From contig CM059425.1 in the NCBI GenBank assembly GCA_030390025.1, positions 163,434,001 to 163,498,000 of the forward strand: a stretch of 64,000 nt of DNA, given 5' to 3'. Below are positions 61,710 to 64,000 of this stretch, piece by piece (positions within the stretch are counted from its first letter, which is position 1; each line of letters starts with the position of its first letter). Position numbers and translations under genes: made by a program. The stretch comes from Squalus acanthias (lineage: Eukaryota). Below the pieces are notes generated by a model. That model searched no databases. It worked only from the letters and a program-made list of their open reading frames with translations, and was not told where the DNA came from.

Positions 61710-63529
61710 GGGAAAAATTGGTGATCTCCAGCAAAGCAGTCAATGTCACCGCCAACTGCCGTTAACGGCCGCCCAAAATGGTTGCAGCGCTAACCGACCT
61801 AAATTGGTGTGGAGGGCATGGAGGTAGGTGGTGCAGCACTAACTTTAGGTGCAACACCGTTCTGGTGGTGTTGCATGAGGGATCCGGGACCAATTTGTAG
61901 TCCTGGTGTGGCGTTGCTGCTTCTCCTAGCATCTGTGTGCGAGGCTGTGAAGCACGCAATGCATTGTGGGCAGTGAAGAGCTCTGAAATTTAAAGGGGCC
62001 ATGCACATTGAAGCAAGACAAAATAAAATGCACTGATTCAATATATTTTTCAGCCCTTTCTGCCTTTTTACAAATATTCAATATTTAAAAGAAGTTCCAA
62101 ATGTGATTATTCAGCTCTTAAAGCTGAATTACCTTCCTAAACTGAACAAATGGGAAAACTGCCTCAGCACGAACACAAATGGCTCAGCAAGCCAGGGAAG
62201 GGGCACCCAGGGTCTCGCATGCAGCACTCCAGCTTTGTGCAGGGAGTCAACACTGCAAGACTGGCCCTCTACCCACAGGGACCAAGAGGCCCTCCAGAAA
62301 GAACAATGTGGGAGTACATTACCAAGGCCGTCACTGCCAGCAGTGTCACCCCCACCACCTGGCTCCAGTGCCCAAAGAAGCTTCATGACCTCAGACCACT
62401 GGTCAAGGTCAGTGAATGCATCTTCAAAAGCCATCACCTACCAACTGCACCACTAGCCTCACATACTGCTCAATGCAGGACCCCCAATCACTCATCTACC
62501 AACAAGCTGCACCAATGACGAGGCACATCTACCATTCCTAGCATCACCTCACCCCCTTGGAGGAGACAGTGCAGGCCATTCTTGGCAGAGGCATGGCTGA
62601 GCCCTTGGCCAAAGGCGGGGCTGAAAGGATACAAGATGCGGGTATCCTCGTACGTTATCCTCCTTCTGGTATGCACCTCTAGGTTTCCCGCCCTCCCGTC
62701 AGCACAACTCCACCCTTGTGTCTTCCGCATTTCACACACCCAAGAAATGTGGCCTGCCCAGCCAATGGGTCAACAAGAAGAGGTAGACTGCCCAGCCAGT
62801 GGGACCACAGGTGGATGATTCCATCCCGGATATCCCGGCCTCAAAGGGGCTGTCTGGGATGCATCCTTCCGTCTGATTCCTCCTCTTTGGCTTCCTCCTC
62901 TTCTGCGTCTTGCTCTTCCCTTTGCAAGCGGATGCTGTAAATGTGAAATGACAGCATAAGATGCTGCAAATACTCAGCTGGTCAGGCAGCATGTCGACCT
63001 GAGACGTGAACTCCATGGATGTAGTGTGACCTGCTGAGTATTCGCAGCATATTCTGTCTTCTCAAAGGCGTTCACTTACCATCTGAGCCCTTGCAAGTGT
63101 CCAGCAGCAATCCTAAAAAAACTTTAAAAACTTTTCACATATATTGCAGCAAGCCACTACTTCAATAAAATCCAAAAAACACAGTCCAAACCCTCAAAAT
63201 TCAAACTTACCTGATTGATGTGCGTGTCCCTTTAACAGCTGCAGCTATCGCCACTGTCAGCATCTGTCAGCCTGCTTGCATGCCAGGTTAACCTGGCATG
63301 CTTAGGACCCAGTGCTGAATTGAGCGCTAGGGTCGAAGTTCGCGTAGGTGACGTTAAGTCGGCATTGCACGCCAACTGACGTCACCATGCCGCTATTTTT
63401 TTTTTTTTACAGGGCGCTGCTGGCAAAGGGACCCACGAATATGGCAGCCGTTGTGGGGACCGCCTCCAGCTGGCGCAAGAGCGGCAGCCGCCATTAACAG
63501 GTGATGGTAAGTATATGAATTTCTCGCCC
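61710..63529. mobile_element. Internally deleted Harbinger element with Myb/SANT exon-1 remnant, TSD TAT
   Basis: tat|GGGAAAAATTGG ... GAATTTCTCGCCC|tat; MAQQAREGAPR..., WLQCPKKLHDL..LVK|gtcagt at 62179-62410, homologous to 48280-48560. Confidence 0.8.
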
Positions 63530-63728
63530 TATATAACAACTTGACTGCCTCTGCTGCAGATTGGCATCTGCTGAATCACACAATTAGATTCTTTGTGAGC
63601 ACTCTAGTGTCTACTGTCCTGAACATTATGATGCATAGGGTGCAGACAAATGAGAACACAATAACACCTAAACTACAAAAGACTGGAAATTGCTCTTGGC
63701 GCTCTATTCAGGCATTATAAATGCAAGT

Positions 63729-63806
63729 TCTTTATCTTTTATCTTTCTTTCATCTTTTATCTTTTATCTTTATCGTTTTATCTTTATCTTTTTATCTTTT
63801 ATCTTT
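63729..63806. repeat. (TTTATC/TTTTATC)n microsatellite at a SINE/L2-type tail
   Basis: Follows tataaatgcaagt, the terminal motif of the SINE at ~21359. Confidence 0.85.
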
Positions 63807-64000
63807 AAGGTTTTTGGGAGTAACGAAGCTTATTGTCTTCCACACAATTTTGTTGTTTCAGTCTGTGGGCTCAAATGTGAGATATATCTCCCATACAGCA
63901 GACTAACCAATAAAAAGAGAGGATCTTTAATCCTCAATCAGCTGGAGCTCGTTAAGCAGCTGAACTTGTATTATAACAGCAAGCGCAGAACATTAATGAT

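Noticed and set aside
37494..64000. RHOBTB3 exon 4 (expected CTCPLCTSDRG...ATYLEL)
   Set aside because: No matching exon found by eye; probably beyond the window. A TBLASTN with a vertebrate RHOBTB3 would settle it.

Overview
Vertebrate genomic DNA. The repeat complement (CR1 LINEs with microsatellite tails, Deu-domain SINEs, Harbinger families, Penelope remnants) points to a cartilaginous fish; this is inferred, not proven. One host gene is supported: the 5' part of RHOBTB3 on the + strand, recognised from recalled similarity to the human protein. It has a CpG-rich CRE/ETS/TATA promoter (~19.2-19.3 kb), exon 1 ending in the 'AT' of a split start codon (19586-19587), exon 2 (19789-20014) and exon 3 (37301-37493). 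Exon 4 was not found, so intron 3 probably runs past the window end. Most other interpretable sequence is nested transposable elements: several CR1 LINEs (three inserted into other CR1s), L2 fragments and SINEs; two decayed two-gene Harbinger transposons plus about ten Harbinger-type MITEs; a Mag-like Gypsy LTR element inside one Harbinger; a 1.27-kb solo LTR and an unclassified 0.68-kb TIR element, each inside a CR1; Penelope-derived hammerhead ribozyme motifs; and a 1.2-kb minisatellite. The most interesting signals are a core-intact, sense-strand minimal hammerhead ~245 nt upstream of the exon 3 acceptor, and the uORF/split-ATG arrangement of the RHOBTB3 5' end. Most ORFs in the supplied track are TE fragments or shadow ORFs. 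Coordinates were counted by eye.
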